The translations under genes and the position numbers were made by a program. The notes under the pieces were generated by a model, which was not told the origin of the DNA, made no database searches, and was given only the letters and a program-made list of their open reading frames with translations. Below are positions 62,390 to 64,000 of a DNA stretch of 64,000 bases, piece by piece (the stretch's first letter is position 1; every line of letters starts with the position of its first letter). The stretch comes from the human T2T-CHM13v2.0 reference genome, Homo sapiens, in the NCBI RefSeq assembly GCF_009914755.1, contig NC_060931.1, one strand, 5' to 3'.

Positions 62390-63719
62390 TGAACATACAA
62401 AAAAGTCTTAATTTGATTGAAAAAGAAAAGTCCTTTCTTTCTTCTGTCACCTCCCGAGTGTCTTAGAAGATCTGTATTTACAATTTCCCTTAAATTGGTA
62501 AGACATGCTTTTGCCTTAGGTGTTTTCATTAAAATTCATAAACACCAGACAAACTCATTATTTGGATGCCCAAATTTAATAAAAATATAAATTCTTTTGG
62601 TTCCTATTTTCTCCCTACTTTCTTAAGACACAGTAATTAATTTATGCTGAGAACACTCATTTTTGTCTTAGCTGAGTTCCCTAAAACTTTCAGCGCTAAG
62701 TTAACAGGTACATGAGCTTTTTTCCTCAGTTAGATGCCACTAGTCCATTCAGTGTTGATAGAAGGCTGGGGTTGGGTCTGGTGCCTTAGCAGGGCCAAGT
62801 GTAGACCTTATAGGTTTAGGTCCGTAAACTTCACCTTATATTTTTCCTTCCAGATAATGCTACATAGACATGGATTTCAGTCATAGAAACTCAAATGTGT
62901 CACTTAATACAGAATGAGTCTTCATGATGTCACCAATTTGGAGTGGGCATAGCATACTGGGCCAGTAGTCAACTTGCCTGCCAAATCTGATCCATTTGTA
63001 GTGGTTGTTTTTCTGAAATTACAACTAGGCTGACATGAAAGATTGCCAGAATCGATTATTGATATCTACCATGAAGTCGGGAGAGAAGAATGGTAACGGT
63101 AGAGCCATGCATTTGCCGTCTTTAGGCATTATTTATGAAGAAAACAAAGAAGGACTCCTTTTCATTTTACTTTGATGCCTCAGTTACAAAACAGAATTCT
63201 ACTTGAAAGATTAATATAACTCATTGCTGCACATCTTGAATAATCCACTTAATTTCAATATTCGTAGGATAGTCAGGTCATATAAAAAATAATAGCATAT
63301 GTAAAAGTCTAGTATTATCAAAAAATTATAAGCTGTGAAGTTTGACTTCTCAAACCCAACCTTCTCATACTATAATGCAGATGTGCTTTGCTTTACTCCT
63401 TGGCATTAGATATTTCAAAGACTGTTGACATTTGAAAACCAGAGTAGCTGAACATGGATTTTCTAAAGAACACACTCTAATTCTAGAAAAAAGGCAGTGT
63501 GATCTTTATTATTTTGTTTGATGTGACAGACTGCAAGGGAGTATACTCTGTGGTCATAGGGATACTCTCATTTCAGAAGCAGCCACTTACTTGAATCCAC
63601 ATTATTACTGTTACGCCCTCCAATGGTAGGTTGTTGGCAAGTATTTATTACCCTTTCTGCAGTGTGTAAGTTAAATTTCTTTTCCAAGGCAATGGGGCCC
63701 TAAGGGAAAATCAAGGAAG

Positions 63720-63850
63720 GGGGAGAGTGAGAGGAGCCTGGGATGAGACGTCTGGTTCTATAACTTCCTTCCAAGCCATTAGTTGATCTCTTGGATCAGC
63801 TTTTCTCAACCTTTTGTGTGTAACTTTCCTGGCAGAGTTGTTGAATTATG
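63720..63850 (+). mobile_element. MIR-family fragment
   Basis: gagcctgggatgagacgtctggttct...cattagttgatctcttggatcagc. Confidence 0.45.
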
Positions 63851-64000
63851 TGCAGCCACTTTCAGCAAGCTGCTTAGGTCAGGGGGCTTTTCTTTGGCAT
63901 TTAGCTCCCACATACTTAAACAAAACCTCAATTTGCTAAGGTTTTTAACACTAGAAGCTTGTTCTCCTTATCTGGTTGTATTATTTCTTCCACACATTGT

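Overview
AT-rich, CpG-depleted mammalian (primate, almost certainly human/ape) non-coding DNA, intronic or intergenic. I find no supportable host protein-coding exon, CpG island, tRNA/rRNA gene or CRISPR array. The ORFs that resemble real proteins all come from retroelements (L1 ORF2 C-terminus at 190-1015 and 50963-51232, THE1 internal ORF fragments at 28249-29400, antisense Alu at 27132-27386). The rest are chance ORFs. The window is a layered transposon record: many ancient MIR/L2, hAT and Tigger DNA-transposon relics, old MaLR/ERVL solo LTRs, a 2.4 kb 5' half of an ancient L1M, 5'-truncated L1PA/L1PB copies, three Alus, a complete THE1A provirus-like element with TSD, a THE1C solo LTR and a 37-nt U2 snRNA 5'-fragment retrocopy inside a MIR. 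The most interesting signal is regulatory: three THE1 LTRs with intact DUX4-type motifs, arranged convergently, only one of which keeps the LTR splice donor. There are also several candidate enhancer motif clusters. I did not find convincing evidence of a new biological system. Repeat subfamily names come from recalled consensus sequences, not a database search, and boundaries of old repeats are approximate (about +/-20-50 bp).
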